This document shows positions 34,030 to 48,300 of a stretch of 64,000 nucleotides of DNA, one piece after another. Made by a program: the position numbers and the translations under genes. The notes beneath the pieces were generated by a model. That model saw only the letters and a program-made list of their open reading frames with translations. It was not told the DNA's origin and searched no databases. Origin of the DNA: Phoronis australis (lineage: Eukaryota > Animalia > Phoronida); the NCBI GenBank assembly GCA_002633005.1, contig NMRA01000156.1, positions 359,872 through 423,871 on the forward strand, written 5' to 3'. Numbering within the stretch: the stretch's first letter is position 1; each line of letters opens with the position of its first letter.

Positions 34030-37000
34030 CAGTGGCGGATTTAGGATATCACAAGGGGGGAGGGCAACTTTTTTTCTGTAAGCATTTGCTCAAACCACGA
34101 TTGTAGATGCGCATAGCACCAAATGGGGGGAGGTCGGGAGGGGGGGGGGGGTGGTTGTCTCCCTACTTGTTTATGGTCCACAGCGTTTGCGCGCGAAACG
34201 TACTTCTTTTTGTAATGCTTATTACACGTTTTATATTTTGTGCACTCGGTTCGTAACAAATTTATTGTATTTAAAAAAGTTTTCAAACGCCCAAAAGACC
34301 AAATCCGTTTTTCGTCTTGGCAATAATGACGGGTTTGCTTTGGAAATCGTCTTAAGTTAAGGTTTGACAAAGAGAGAATTATGAGTTTCTGTGTGATTCA
34401 CTAAGGCTTCGATTAAAATTCACATCTTACCAGCAGCTTCTGTTTTTTCATCGTCACTCAGGTTCCATTTTCTTTAAAAAATGAAGTAAATTTTCTTCAT
34501 CGCACAGTGGAGCAGACGACGGAAACGGAGTCGTAGTGCGCAGCGCCACTGCCGGTCGCCTGGGATATCGCGGGAGAGCCGTTACGATTGCGCCGTGTTC
34601 CGAATTTGACACTTGAAATTGAATCTGAGCCCCCCCCCAAACACTAAAACTGCATACATTTAAATCTTGTTTCATACGTATAATTTTAATTACCTGGGTT
34701 AATTAATAAACGAGGTATCACTTTCTTGATCGGGACAGTTGTAAGTTCCGTGACTTGCTCAGTGCTTCATAATGTCCAGTTTGAAGAACTGACATTTTTA
34801 TCAATTTACTTTTATAAATATCTTTTGAAATGTTCAGGATACCTTTAACAGGGAGTGAAACATTCCAAATTGGCCAAAAAAGTTCAAAAAGTTAGAATTT
34901 TAGAAAACCAAACACGCGTCTGCTTAGACTCCGTAGTTCAATTTGAAAACTTAAGGTTTTAAAGGATAGTTCGACAAATTACCCTTGGCACCTCCCAAAT
35001 TAAAACTCCTAGCCCCCCCCCCCTTACCTACAGGAGGGTTTTGCCAACGAAAGGAGAATAATTTTTGCAGAACCTCTATGCATTGTGGGGCTTTGACCAG
35101 GCTTGTAGAAAGATAGAAATCATTGGGAGGTTACAGAACCCCGTCGCGCAACCATTTTCAATAACGGTACAAATTTCCAACTCCCTTCACTCCTTTCGGT
35201 TGCTACCACTTTCTCCCTCTGTCCTGACGCTGTAAATAATTTATGGGGCGCGTTCCCCTTGCTGTTCTGGTGAAACATATTAGCATTAAATTTTGTTTCT
35301 GTTTACAAGTACGACTCTGTAACCAAACGAATTTTAACCAGCTACTCGATTATCGATTCCTTATCTTCAAAATTGCGTCGTAAGAATAGGAGGCCCATGT
35401 TTTACAAATGTTATCTTTTGTTTTAAAGCGTGTATAAACCCATCTTGTGTCACCAAGCAAATTTAATTTAGACCAGTTACCGTTATGGAATTGGTGCTAT
35501 TTCTATATCTCTTTTTAAATCACATCTGATCAATGATTGGTTGAGGCTAGGCTCTACAAGTTGACTTATCACAGCGTGCGGGTTTCTCGTCATTTTATTT
35601 GCGGGGTATAGTCTCGATGAACTGACAGTTGTTTGAAAGACCAAAAATTACTTCTCATTTGAGTAGAGAACGAGTTGAGTCAAATATATTGATGGAAGTG
35701 GTCTTAATCAAAATTCAGTTTTAACGGAATGCGGGTTCATTGCCGCTTTTAATTGTGTAGTACAAGGAGCATAATTGAACACCAAACCGTGCATTGCGTT
35801 TTTGTCACACAGGCCGCCCAACGTACGACTTGGACACATTATGATGTTATAAACTCACCAGCCGCCAAAATTCCGGAGTCAATGTAATTGACCGCTGCTA
35901 TGGTAAAGGCAATTTAATTCCCGTTAAAACCTTTTTGTGAAGTATTGGAGATTTCATAGTAATTCGATACCGGAATCGTCTTGCTAAAAACCCGCCACTG
36001 CGCCACCAACACCATAAGGTCTCTCAGGTATTTTCATAGCCTCAAACTCAGATATCTGAGCCTCAAACTATCCCTCGCAGGTGTCTCGTATCTACGTATG
36101 TGCGAGCGTCACTCATACCAGCAAAGGCATTTCAGTACAAGTCATTTGCATTTAAACTCGCGCGCAAGGACACGCAGCTGGTGATCACATCTGACGAAAC
36201 CAAATAACGTTTGTCGATAGTTTTACACTAAGAATGACCGTTGCATGATGTATTTCCCAACTGCAAAAAGTTTTGAACAAAAACTGATAGTTGACAGACC
36301 GAACGCGTGATCAACATACGATCGAAATCCCAAACATAGCCTCCTTTCATGAATTACTTAGCGGAAGTTATCTTATAATAAAACAATTATAGACTCTCAC
36401 TCTCGGTCAATGTATTGTCTTTCACACCTCAAAAACTGACACACTAATCTCAGTGAAGGTCAATACTTATTTATCGTTTTCCCTTCTAATACACTAACTC
36501 CTTGGAGATAGCAATAGGTTGGTAAAATATTTCACTTTTCTACTTTGCGCAGTCGAGGCGCATTTACTTTAGTTTCGAAACTATTTCGTTTTTGCCACAA
36601 AGACACCAGTTCTTTGCGTAATGCTCTATAATAAAATTTTCACTGGCCCTCGCATTTTACTGTCGACTGCACAACGGGAAACAACATTAAATTCGTTTAT
36701 CCTTGCTTAGCTGTTCACGGCAGGCAGTTCTGTTTTCAGTACGAAGAACCAATGACGCCACCCACTAACAAATTTCAAAGTTCACCATACTTTTACATAC
36801 TCAATAAATAGAACTTGGAATTTTCCAAAATAGACCCATAGACGGAAACAACTTTTCAAAAACGTCACCGATGAAACCAAATATTCGACCGCGCGTATTT
36901 TCAGAAACAAACTTGTCTTTTTAAATGTATTTAGTTGTATCTCACTAGTTAGATTTTTTTCGTCCATGCTTAATTCGAATTCAACAAAAAAACAGTGCGC

Positions 37001-39207
37001 ATGCGTCAACGGTTAAAACAGTCCGTCATACACTGCTGATGCGGTTAGTTATCCACTGTCATGGTAGCCCAATATCTCGTCATTTTTGTGAAATTGTGAT
37101 TCCAAACTATACTGTCTTGTCAAAATCAACTAAATTTTTCCTCAAAACGTATCACATACGCATTTCAGAACAATCCGTCAGATTTTTTTTCAAAACATGC
37201 AAACAGTTACCGAAAATAGGCCCAAGAGCGTGCTTTAAGGTAAGTCTGTTTTCAGAAATTCTCGGTACGTTGGAAGAAGGACAAGTTTACGCCGTGCTCT
37301 TTCTAACTGTGCAGGCAAAGTTTATACTAGAGGTCCCCATCAAAAAGGAATTCAACTGTTTATTTTTTCGTGACAGCTCGACCACAGAGGCTTGAGGTGA
37401 CTCGTAGCATTCGATCTCAACGGTCGTATGCATGCAGACACACAACTCCCTCAAGATCAAAACTACGTTTGGTCTTCATTTTTCCCGGCAACTTTCTATC
37501 ATATGTACACGGTGTTGACTCAATATCATGGAGACTTTGTGAGTGAAAGCACTGGGGGTACATACGGAGATGCTTTGTACCTGGCGGTTGATTCGATGTG
37601 ATTCGCTGCTCCGTAACCGTTGACCTCGGATAAGGAGTGAACAAGTTTGCACGCGGCCGTGCGGTTCCAAATTTGTTCTGCTAAATCTTTTTTTTTCTCG
37701 CTACACGATATGTATTTCGTATTTGAAGTTCCCCGCGAATGAAGATAAGGTATTTTGGTAGACATATGTGAAATATTGTAAAATGGCTAATTTTTGTGAA
37801 TAAGGTTAGAGATGTCTTTAAGACATGTAGGGGCACGACGTTAGGTAGAAGCCTAATCAATAAATGAAATACCACAGATTTTATTAATGGTCAGAAAAGT
37901 GCAATAATGTGGTTCTTTATTGGATGCCCTTGTTGACGTGATTTGCTTATTGCCCGGGAATGAAAGCAGGTGCCGCATGGTGTTATTACCTGCACACAGT
38001 GCTCAGTTATTAAAAGTTCTTGCACGCGGTACTACGATTCTGCTGGGAAAGTCAATCTAGTTTTCTGTTTCAAGTACATCGTCAACTGCTTTGTGGTAAT
38101 GCTTTTTAGTGAGGTACATCTGTACAACTACGCAGTGGCCGAAAGTTAGAATTCAGAACCACACCGTAAGTGGTGAGCGCAGGTATTGAGAAAGCAATCA
38201 AATGATACGAAATAAGTACAATTTTAAATAATGTTTCTTAATTTCCGATTGGAAACCTTCACGATTCCACCCTCTTTGTATTTTCATTAACTGAGGAACT
38301 TTGATGTATCGTTGAATTTTTTGAAGTTTGGTATTTTGTGTAAAGGTCTTTGCCTACTACACGTCTACTAAACAAAGTGGGCGTCATCAAATTCGTTTTT
38401 CCACCCACCACAGCAGCCTAAACAGAGGCAACTCTAGCAAGAATTGTGAAATTTACATGAGTTACTTAAAACACACCTCTAATTCAATTAGTTGTAAAAA
38501 TACTTTTGAGGTGATTTCTGATTCAGTTCGTTGCACGGTGTCAGTTCAATTTTTTTAACGACTTAGAATACATTTCACCTCTTTCTGATATTCTTGCGTC
38601 GGCGTAATGCTAGTAAACGTTTTTCTTGGATTTCAAGTGCATAAAATTTCAATGTTTCGTTTTTAGACAAACTCTTACACCGCTAATTTTTTCAAATGTT
38701 TTATTTTGAAGCCCCTTGTGTTTTCTATGAAATCAGAAGAAATTAGGTGGTTCACCGACTTAGTTTTGTGCTATAAGAATGCTCAAGTCCAATATAACAA
38801 TTGCCCAGCTGTATTTCACTAGATGTTGAATATGTTGTGTTTGGAGATTCTGAAATAAGTTAAGTTGATGGGAATAACCTAAGACGAGACGATTTTTAAA
38901 TAAATTCAAATTGGCGTTTTACCGCGAATTAGTCACACTTAATGTCTACTTTTGTGTTAAATGTGACGCCATTTTGAAATTCAATGTCCGATGTTATTAC
39001 TTAACGCCACATTTACAAAAATTCGAGACAAATCAAATCAAATAAACTGTTAAATGAGATAAAATAACATTGAACATTTTTATAATATAGCTTGAATAAA
39101 GACAACTTTTCAAGAATGTAGCATTGAGTGAGGGCGCTTCCGAATGCGGAATGTGAATGGCTTCATGTAGTTTCAAGCTACAGCGTTTAGTATCACTGTC
39201 AATAATC

Positions 39208-39446
39208 AGTGCGCACCCACGGTGGCTCGGGGGGGGGGGGGGGGTNTTCGTTCGAGCAAAACGTGCAAAAGGTCCGCCTCAGAGAAACAAAAATGTCCGA
39301 GAAAACGAGACAAAAGTCCTCTAAAAAGGCGCAGACGCTCAGTGAAGGTGGTATCCCTTTTTCTAAGTCCTCCCGCTTTTTGACAGCAAAAAGTCCACAT
39401 CGCCAGAAATTTTAACCCCCCATATTAAAGGCTGGGTGCGCGCATG
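39208..39446. mobile_element. GC-rich MITE
   Basis: GTGCGCACCCA...TGGGTGCGCGCATG, flanked by TAATC on both sides; contains a poly-G run and a single N. Confidence 0.7.
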
Positions 39447-42348
39447 TAATCGTAAAGCCGCGTTCCCCAGCGGCTTCTCTACAGGCAGCATTATTTCCAA
39501 TTGTCTAAAGACATGTGAATTCTTATCGCTAACTAGACTTGTATTTTCTTTGTGGCGAGGGCCTAACTAACTGGGGGTAGCCAACACATGATGAAAACGT
39601 GGCCGAATTTGCAAGGAATTGAATCTGTACTGCTCATCGGCATATTACAACGCCTCGGTGGTTATCGAGATCATGAGTTTATGACATTTCTGAATACTTT
39701 GGGAATGGTATAACAACCTTTAGCAATCCAGTCGTTATTTTTCGAAAGATATTGGCTTTACTCTCCCGTCCGCTTACATTTATTTGGCATTTTTACAGAT
39801 TGCGTAAAACGCCAGTCACCCAAAGGATTGCAGGTGGGCTATCATCAATAGTGTAACCCGTAAATAAACGGTCACAGAAATCACCTCATTTTTTCACAAT
39901 TTCAAGACAGAAGTTCAACTTATATGGGAATATGCAGATAGCATCTATCCGAAATCAACTGCTGTCTTACTGAACAAAAGATCTCCTGTACGATACCAAG
40001 GCTTGTACTACACTCCTTGGTGATACTTTCTGGACCCTGGATTGGTTGACTAGTATCCAGCAATCTGCGTCCTGGGATGCGCGCGGAAAATTTTTCGCGC
40101 GATTCGCGAAAAAGATCTGTGGAAACGCATCTGACTTGGTTTGTTCACTATACAGCATCAAAGAATTAGAGGAGTTTAAATAGTCAAAATGGTGACGAAA
40201 CCCAAACGTATATAAGTCGATGTCATTCGGAACATCGTGGTTATTTTTGTAGCCTTCAGATTTCCCAAGAAGATGATTGGACGTTACATGTGCGAACTTC
40301 AGTTATGCGGAAAGACATGTGACGTTCAAACTGGATAATGTCCTATTACTGAAGTTCGCACATGCGCACACATACATGTCAACCATTTTTTGCTCTAACC
40401 ACAGTAATTTTTGTAAACCATAGCACTGACGAAAACGAGTCAAATATGGTCAAGTGTCGAAATGCCTTGCATGTACCTACCAACTATCAGAGGCTCTTAC
40501 ATTTAGAAACTATGACTAAGTGTTGGTGTACTCCTTGGTAACCCCTTTGGCCTTGTTGAGCAAGAATCGCGATATGAGATTATCTCGACAAAAGAGATTG
40601 TCAGTAAAAACCAAAGCGGTTTGAACGTCGGCAAAAATACATATAATTACCGAAAATACGTAGCATTTTGACGCTACGCCGTAGCACTACAGAAACGGCA
40701 AAAATACGTAGAAAATACGTAATTCACGTATTGGTTGACACGTATGCACAAGTAACGTTCATCTTCGAGAGGAACTTTGGAGCTGCGAAAGTATCCGAAG
40801 TATTACGCTGGATGAATGAATGTGTGTCTCTGGCTACTTCGGTAGTTACCATTTTTTGTTAGCCAAACAGTGGCACGCATTCATCAGCACACGCTGTGTA
40901 TGGGATTGTGTTCAACTTAGACTGTGCTGGACGTCAGCAATATTAGCGTATTGATATTTTACAGTTGAAACTGGTCTGCTGGATTACCTTTTTGATTTCC
41001 TAGATCTTCGTATCCTTCGATAGGATGTTGACTGTGATGAGTCACGGGAGCTCTCGTCGTGGGATGTCGAAACTGCCTCTATACTCTCGTTCCAGGATAG
41101 AACAATTTGAATCTGGCTCCACCAAGTTTTTTGAGAAAAAGCTGTAGGGCTGTGATAGCGTAACGAAGTGACGATAAAAGTTCACCTTCTCAGCGTACAT
41201 ATCCTGTAGGATCACATTTTTGACTTTTACCAATCTGCTACCGGTATTGATTGGGTTATGTGACTTTTGTATATTTATTGAGATTTGGTAGACTAACATT
41301 CATGACAGAACAGAGGCATCGGTAACATGATCACAAGTTTTGGTTGATAGAAATGTACGATACGAAATCTCAATGTTTTGTTTTCGTTATATGCTGTTTT
41401 TGAGTCTTTCATAAAATCATACCAGGATAATAACCTTAGCCGGTAGGTAAACGATCAAAGGCTGTTTGATTGTAAACCATAATCCTTTGGATTCAGTAGT
41501 TTCTAGGTAGTATAAATGTCACAGCAGGTCCTTGAGCGCTGTTTCGGAAACAACGGTTTCTTTAAGTCACCTTTTGTTACTGAAAAGGTCTTACGGGTGT
41601 TATTTCTTTCCCGAAAAGCTCCCATCGGAGCTTTGTAGTGATAAGTGTTTTATTGGAAATCCCCGGTAACTGCGAGGCATGAGCAATGCGTTCTTAAGTC
41701 GATGGCCGAGTTCTGTGTTGAAAATGTGGGAGAGTGGTGCAATTAAATGTTGGTTACTCGAAAATGTTTCTTTTAGTGGTCCGTGACGTAGGGCAAGGTA
41801 AGTGTCAGCCAAATGCAGGAGACACAAGAAACGTCCGACCGGACTGTTTACAGTGTTGCATGTAAAAGTTCTTTGTTGGGTTGACCACAAATCAGAATTT
41901 TAGTGAACTGAACGAGCATAGCTTTCAAGAGCGATTCCTATTTACACCAACCAGATCCAACTATATAGTCGAGACTGGCTATTTGGAAACATGTGTGCAC
42001 CTACTAAATCTAAATAGATAAATTGACTTCAAGTATGTACGTTCAGACTCGTCTGTTATTTTATAGTTAAAACTATGACAGATAAAACTAAACATTAGTT
42101 TACACTAACATACAGCCTATATGCTACTGCGCCCGCACATTCGGAATGTTACTTCTATCTATACTAGCAACATGAAAGTACTACGAACAGCCAATTAGTT
42201 TCAAGTTGTCAATCAATTCTTAAAACCATCCTTTATTAAACTGACCTTTCCGTTGACCCTGTACTCACACCCTCATTCACTCTGAGTTGAACAATTTAAT
42301 CTAATGTGTTTTTAATAAAGTTTCCAGTTCACACTCTGGTCAGGCAAG

Positions 42349-45300
42349 ATGCAGGTTCTTACGTGGGCCCTTGTCGTTTTATCTTTTACGGTGAGTATAG
42401 TAAGGCATTCGGGCTTTTAATGTTTTAAAGAATCAGAAAAGGTGCATGTTTTATAATACCGTAAAGAATGAATTACGCGGATATCTGTTAAATGAGCTCT
42501 GGTGACTTTTTTCGTCAATTTGGTTTCGTTATTGCAGTAATCAAACTGCTCTGGGCAATATTGACGAGGCTTAAAGTTGCTGTTGACGAATAAAACGGTT
42601 GAAATTAACTAAGCATTAATTTAGTTTTACGTATGTTTTTCATTGAAAATAAGGATGATCTCTAATTCAGGCAAACAAAATCCCCAAAGCCACGACTCCT
42701 TGTATTCTCTCACAATAGTCGCCAAAAATTATTCGGTGTCGCCGAAAAAAATCCGAAACATTGCTGCGAAAACGATGGATCGTGACATGCGCACGCGCCA
42801 TTTCCTTGCTATTTTCCTCTCGCGTCCAGCCTTTATGAGCATTCGAGTGAACCGCTCTGATAATTTTCCTCTACTGGCCAATTAAGATTGGGTCTACCGG
42901 TGTATTTAAAACAGCTAAACTTAAAATGTGCGCTTTTACATAATCCAAACGGTAAACGAGAGTTTAGACCGCCATCCTCACTGCTCACAATGTCACTCTA
43001 GCAGAATACTTTGTTTTATTTCCAGTATAACTGTGCTTCTATTTCGGTTTCTCATAAAGTTTATCCAAGAACGAACATCGTGCAATTATCGAGCGGCAAT
43101 GGGAAAAAGATTTGTTTCAGAAAAAACATAAGAAGTAAGGGAAATAAGAGACTAGCTCAACATGGTAAAGTATCTCACCAAATGGTCTCGTTTTCAAGTA
43201 CACGCAGTTCACTAGACTTGTGCTCATGGAGACGAGACGAATTCAATCTATTGTGGCTCGTGATTGGTCATAAAATGAGGTCGAGCTAGTCGGAGCCTCC
43301 CAATATTGGGCGCCGACTGGTCCAATCGACGCTTTCGTCTTTTGCTTTTAGTTCCACTTCCATGTCCGTTCAGTTATGGCAACACCTTTGTAAACTCACT
43401 CTCTCACTCTGCGATGGGCTTTGTAGTTAATGGCCAGCAATGAAGCAAACGTTTTCCTACAGACTACACTACGTATCATCATGGGCGGCGCCGTCCTTGG
43501 TCTATGGGCGGTGAACCACAGGGGGGCTGGGGGGCTATAGCCGCCCACATTTTTCAGTGCTGCGCCGCCCATAATTATGCTACTAATAGAATACTACTGA
43601 GAATAAGTCACGGTTTACAGACTAATAAAAAATAACTTACACAAGTATTTTGTCAACAGGCCGCCTTAATGCGAAAGTAACCATGAAAAGAATGCTGCGT
43701 TGACCCCCTAACCGGTCGAGATTGCGCAACTCGACCGGTTTGCGCACCACAAAATCTACCGGTTGAGATCAAAGACACCATGCAGTTGTGTTTAATTAAA
43801 TCACCTCAGGCTGCTTATGTCGTTATGTAGATCATGTGATCAATAGTATTTTTAAATTTTCGTTTTGAAAGGTTTTTGAATTTGGAAAATTGGAAAGAAA
43901 TGTGACTTTTTACAACTTATAACTTTTGCTTAATGTTACAATAAAACATTCCTTATTAATTCTGTTGCTTGTGCAACATAATTAGGTGAATTACTAAACC
44001 ACGAGGCAGCAGTTGGATTTTGAGGTAAACCAAGTGTCATCGTAAAATTCTTGACATGCACACCTATAAAAGTAGTCGACTCACGTGACTTTCCAAATAA
44101 GGAAGACAAAACAACCAGGATCTTGACAGTATGTTCGTCTTGCACAAAACTGGCTGTACCCCGGATGCCGGAACAGGCCAGTAATTCACCGGACTATAGT
44201 TAACAGGGTCTAGATGTGATAAAAAAATTCGTTTTGGTAGCGCAATATGTATCTGAAGACGGTACCAACTGCGGTGTAGTTGCTAAGAAATGAATTTTAC
44301 TGGTAATTAATTGTTAGAAATTGCATTAAAATGAAAACGGTCCTGAAATTTTATATCAAATTGAACGTTTGTAAAGTAGTGAACGAAGAAAATGTTACTG
44401 AAGAATCCGTAAAAAAGAATAGAGTCAAAAAGTGGCGCATTCTTTCCTGGTGTGCAAAGCCGGCGAATATGATCGCTCCACAAGGCCTCGGTCACATAAA
44501 GTTTCCTGCGATGAGTTTTAAGGCAGAACAAAGTGCTGGTCATATCTGTCGATAGTCGGGCGATGATCGGGAGAATTTTGAGACAGCCTGCCAGGCGTCG
44601 GCATGAAAAAATACCCCAAATAGTTATCACCGATCCGATAAAAATCGTCCGATTATGCTAAAATCGAGACAGAAGTCGTATGCTGCATCGAACGTCACTC
44701 TGTAGATGACCAAAAAATAATAAGCAACAACATAACGGAATACCGGCAATTTTATGTAACGTTAACTTAATTGAAGTACTAGAGGACGCGTGGTATTTTT
44801 ACTCTGTACGCACTAGTGCGATCTACGGTTTGTATTTTATCTTTCTTATTCTATCCGACCTTTTTCGGACATGGATAATTCCCAAACGCCTTGAGACCAA
44901 TTTCACGCAAGTCACTTCCCAGTACGCAACTTTTAAACCACAGAGGTCACCTAATTTTGAAAATGTTGTATTTGCTACAGTTTTAAGATTTTTTAGAAAA
45001 CCTGCAAAAGTGGGGGAAACATTGTTAAAGCTTCAAATAGGAACTATTTCATTACCAAAATAATAAAACTCAAAAACGTGTCAGCGGGACTCCTGGATCA
45101 CACCCAAAATTGTGCGTATTTGGATGAGGGTAATGAAGCTATGTTTTGGAAAACGTGGTTCACTTTAAACACAGTAAAAACAGCGGCAAATTGTTATGAC
45201 CATGTTCCACAATTAGACAAACGAAACAGTTCCTATCATTAGATGTGTAGAGGAATTAGTTTTCACTTCAAAGGGCCCACATTAAATTAATAAAGATCTC

Positions 45301-48300
45301 TCCTGTGTTCAGATAAGTGCTTCCGGTACCTTCCCTCACCGAGAGTAAATTTTCACAGCAGGGAGCTATCTAGCGCGTGCGTAAGCGCGAACATAATAGA
45401 GAAACCATGTGCGATAGCGTAGAAGCTGCTCTATCATTAGGCAAATTCAGCAAAAATAAGACATTTTCCTACATGATTCAAACTGTACATGTAGAAAAAA
45501 AAACAACAATTCCAATTTCAGAAAACCAAAGTTAAATTCGGGAACGCAGTTACTATTTCTATTTTCATGTCGCTCAAAATAAGGATATCCCCTATATGTA
45601 GGGCAAATTTCTGTTTGTGTACTTTGCGGTCGAGCGGCGCAAGATCGACCACTGGCATGTGGCGAAAGAAACGGTTCTGAGGTAAAATGAGCGTATAGCG
45701 ATTTCTAACTCAACCATATTGTGAGGTTCGCGAATTATCGTTTCCAGAGGCCAAAGTCAATCCCAACAGTACCACATTTTGCAGGTTTTCCGAAAAAAAA
45801 AACTTTTGTACACACGTGAAAGCTAACATGTGATACAATCTTCCATTCAGATTTTACAGGACAAAAGTCACTGAGTGCAAACATCAATCTGAACTCGATA
45901 CTCCAAATTTATCCATGGGAATAGCAGCTTCAATCCCAAATTCTGAGGTCATTTGATGCGTTTATCGGGTATCTGGTCACTAGCTGCTCTTCTGAAAATT
46001 CGACCTTTCTATTCTGTTTATATTCTACTGCATTGGCAAGAGCAGTATGTACATTTTTTGTTTAGTAAACTAATTTTCTACTTTGATGGCTCATGATGTA
46101 CCGGAAAGGGTTAATTGGTGTAAAGGTCATCTTATTTCAAAACGATATTTCTCCAACAATTTTAAATGCGTATTTTTCAACTCCCGTAATCAGGTGTCAG
46201 GCAACGGGAATAACCTTTCTAATCTATCCAATTGTCCAATCACTTGCTCTTTGTGGACAGTCATTTATTGCAAGAATAGAAAAGGAACTAGACATTTAAA
46301 ATTTAGTGATGCAAGTGGTATTACAAATCAAGTTTCAACCACTCTGAGGTAATTGGGGGCACTTATCGGGTCATTGGGTGCATTTTCTTCTGAAATTTCG
46401 ACTTTTTCATTCAACTTGTATTCTAGTGCCACAACAGTCAGACATCTGCAGTTTGAGACATTATGTACAGTCAGTGCTTCTTTAATTTAAGGGGTACAGA
46501 ACAGAACACACGTCAATGGACTCGTCACCCTTTCTTCACTCTGACAAACAATGCAGGCAAATAAAGAAAAGTTTTAAATCCTTTCACATCACAAGACCTA
46601 CAGATGAGCACAGGAACTTTATTCTCTCTTGTATTTTTGACTCGTTTACTCCTGCTGAAACCCGAGCTAGATTAAGAAAAATAGGGGAAAACCGCAAAAT
46701 CAGCCCTTTTCACCCCCAAAATCACCACTTCCCTGCTGATGCTCGACTAAAGCCAACATAAGATTCCGAAAGAAAATTTCCTACCAATTACAAAACTGTG
46801 GTCTAAAAGTATTGTCAACCAACTAGTTTTTTTTTTGCAAACATGGCTTGTTTGAGGGCTACCTAAAATCGCGGCCAATTTCTCAGTCGCTACCCAGCAA
46901 AGCACAATTGCAACAGGGGTCCGCCATCTTGAACAAGAGTGCAGCTACAGCCGAGCAAGTGGTCTTATTTCATTCTCAACATGTTCAGAAATACAAACAA
47001 ACCACATTCACTTGGCCTACAGGAAATACCCAAGTAAAATTGCCCCCAAGCCTGGACTACCCCTAGATTTCAATATTTTGCAAATTGGCCGCGGCCGTAG
47101 ACTAATCAGTGCCATTATACTTTTATTATACTACTAGGGCTCATCATGCACCATGCCTACAATGTCGGGACGTGAACTTGGATGCACACCAACAACACGA
47201 GGACCTTTTTGTAAAGTGAGGACTTGCATTCATGTCCTCACATTTCAAAGCCGTATTTCACCTTGATAAGTGACGCTAACTATTTTTTCAATTTCTAAGA
47301 AGTCCTCACACAGTGGGTTATTTACCACCTGCATAACATTCCTAGCACACTTTTATCACAACAAGGAATTTTGCACACGTCTAAAAAGTGCATCAAGTCT
47401 GCATTTAAGAGGATCAACCAATGGGGAAGCTGAATACATTATGGCCAATGGGAGACGTCGTTTTAAAGGGCAGAAGACGGCATTGGCAGAGGTAGACATT
47501 TTGCTAGCCGTTTTGTACTTTGGTGAGTTTTTCACTTGTTTCTTTTTAATAATGAATACATGAGAATTTTCGCTTGCCCAGTGTGGAAGAAAAGAAGTTG
47601 GTATTATTCAGTAGTGGCCAATCTTCCCCTTTGGCCCGGATGATTTCCTTTTTTCGACAGATTTTGGTTGGAGATTTTGGTGGTGACATCGAAAGCAAAT
47701 GTTCATCGTTTCGATGACATAAAGTCGTGAATATAAACATAAAACAGCTGATAGTCATACTACCCAATGTCCGTTAGCAACTGCTCATGTGATGTCACGG
47801 ACATATATCAGCCTTCTCAAATATATTACGTGTTTTGTCAATCTTAGCCCTTGTTTGTCTTCGCAAGCAAAGATTTGAAACCTTCGCTGATATCACCGGC
47901 CATTTTGACTGAGGCTCTAAAGTCGTGACCGTTTCATTTAGATGGAAATGCACGAAGTAAGACCACACAAATCAATTACAGTGCTTACAGTTACTCTAGA
48001 CAACATAGAAGCGCATTGCATTGTTTATTAATTCAGTTTCAATTGAAACAAATTGTTATATGTTTTGCACCCGACTCCGTTGTGCACAGACGTTTTCAAT
48101 GAGGTTGTTTACGTAAAACGCCAAGAACCAAGCATCAATTATCTGTCTGTTTTTATTGCTTTGGCCTTACAAAACTTGATCGACCCTGGGCCATTTTGAT
48201 ACATTGTTCAAGCCACCTCTGAAGCGCCTTTTACAGCAAATCGGAACGATGATGAGTTTCGAAAATATGTTCTGAATTGCACAAAAAGTGGATTAGTGAA

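Noticed and set aside
37039-37765. ORF cluster with possible splice sites
   Set aside because: No consistent multi-exon frame or domain signature could be built.
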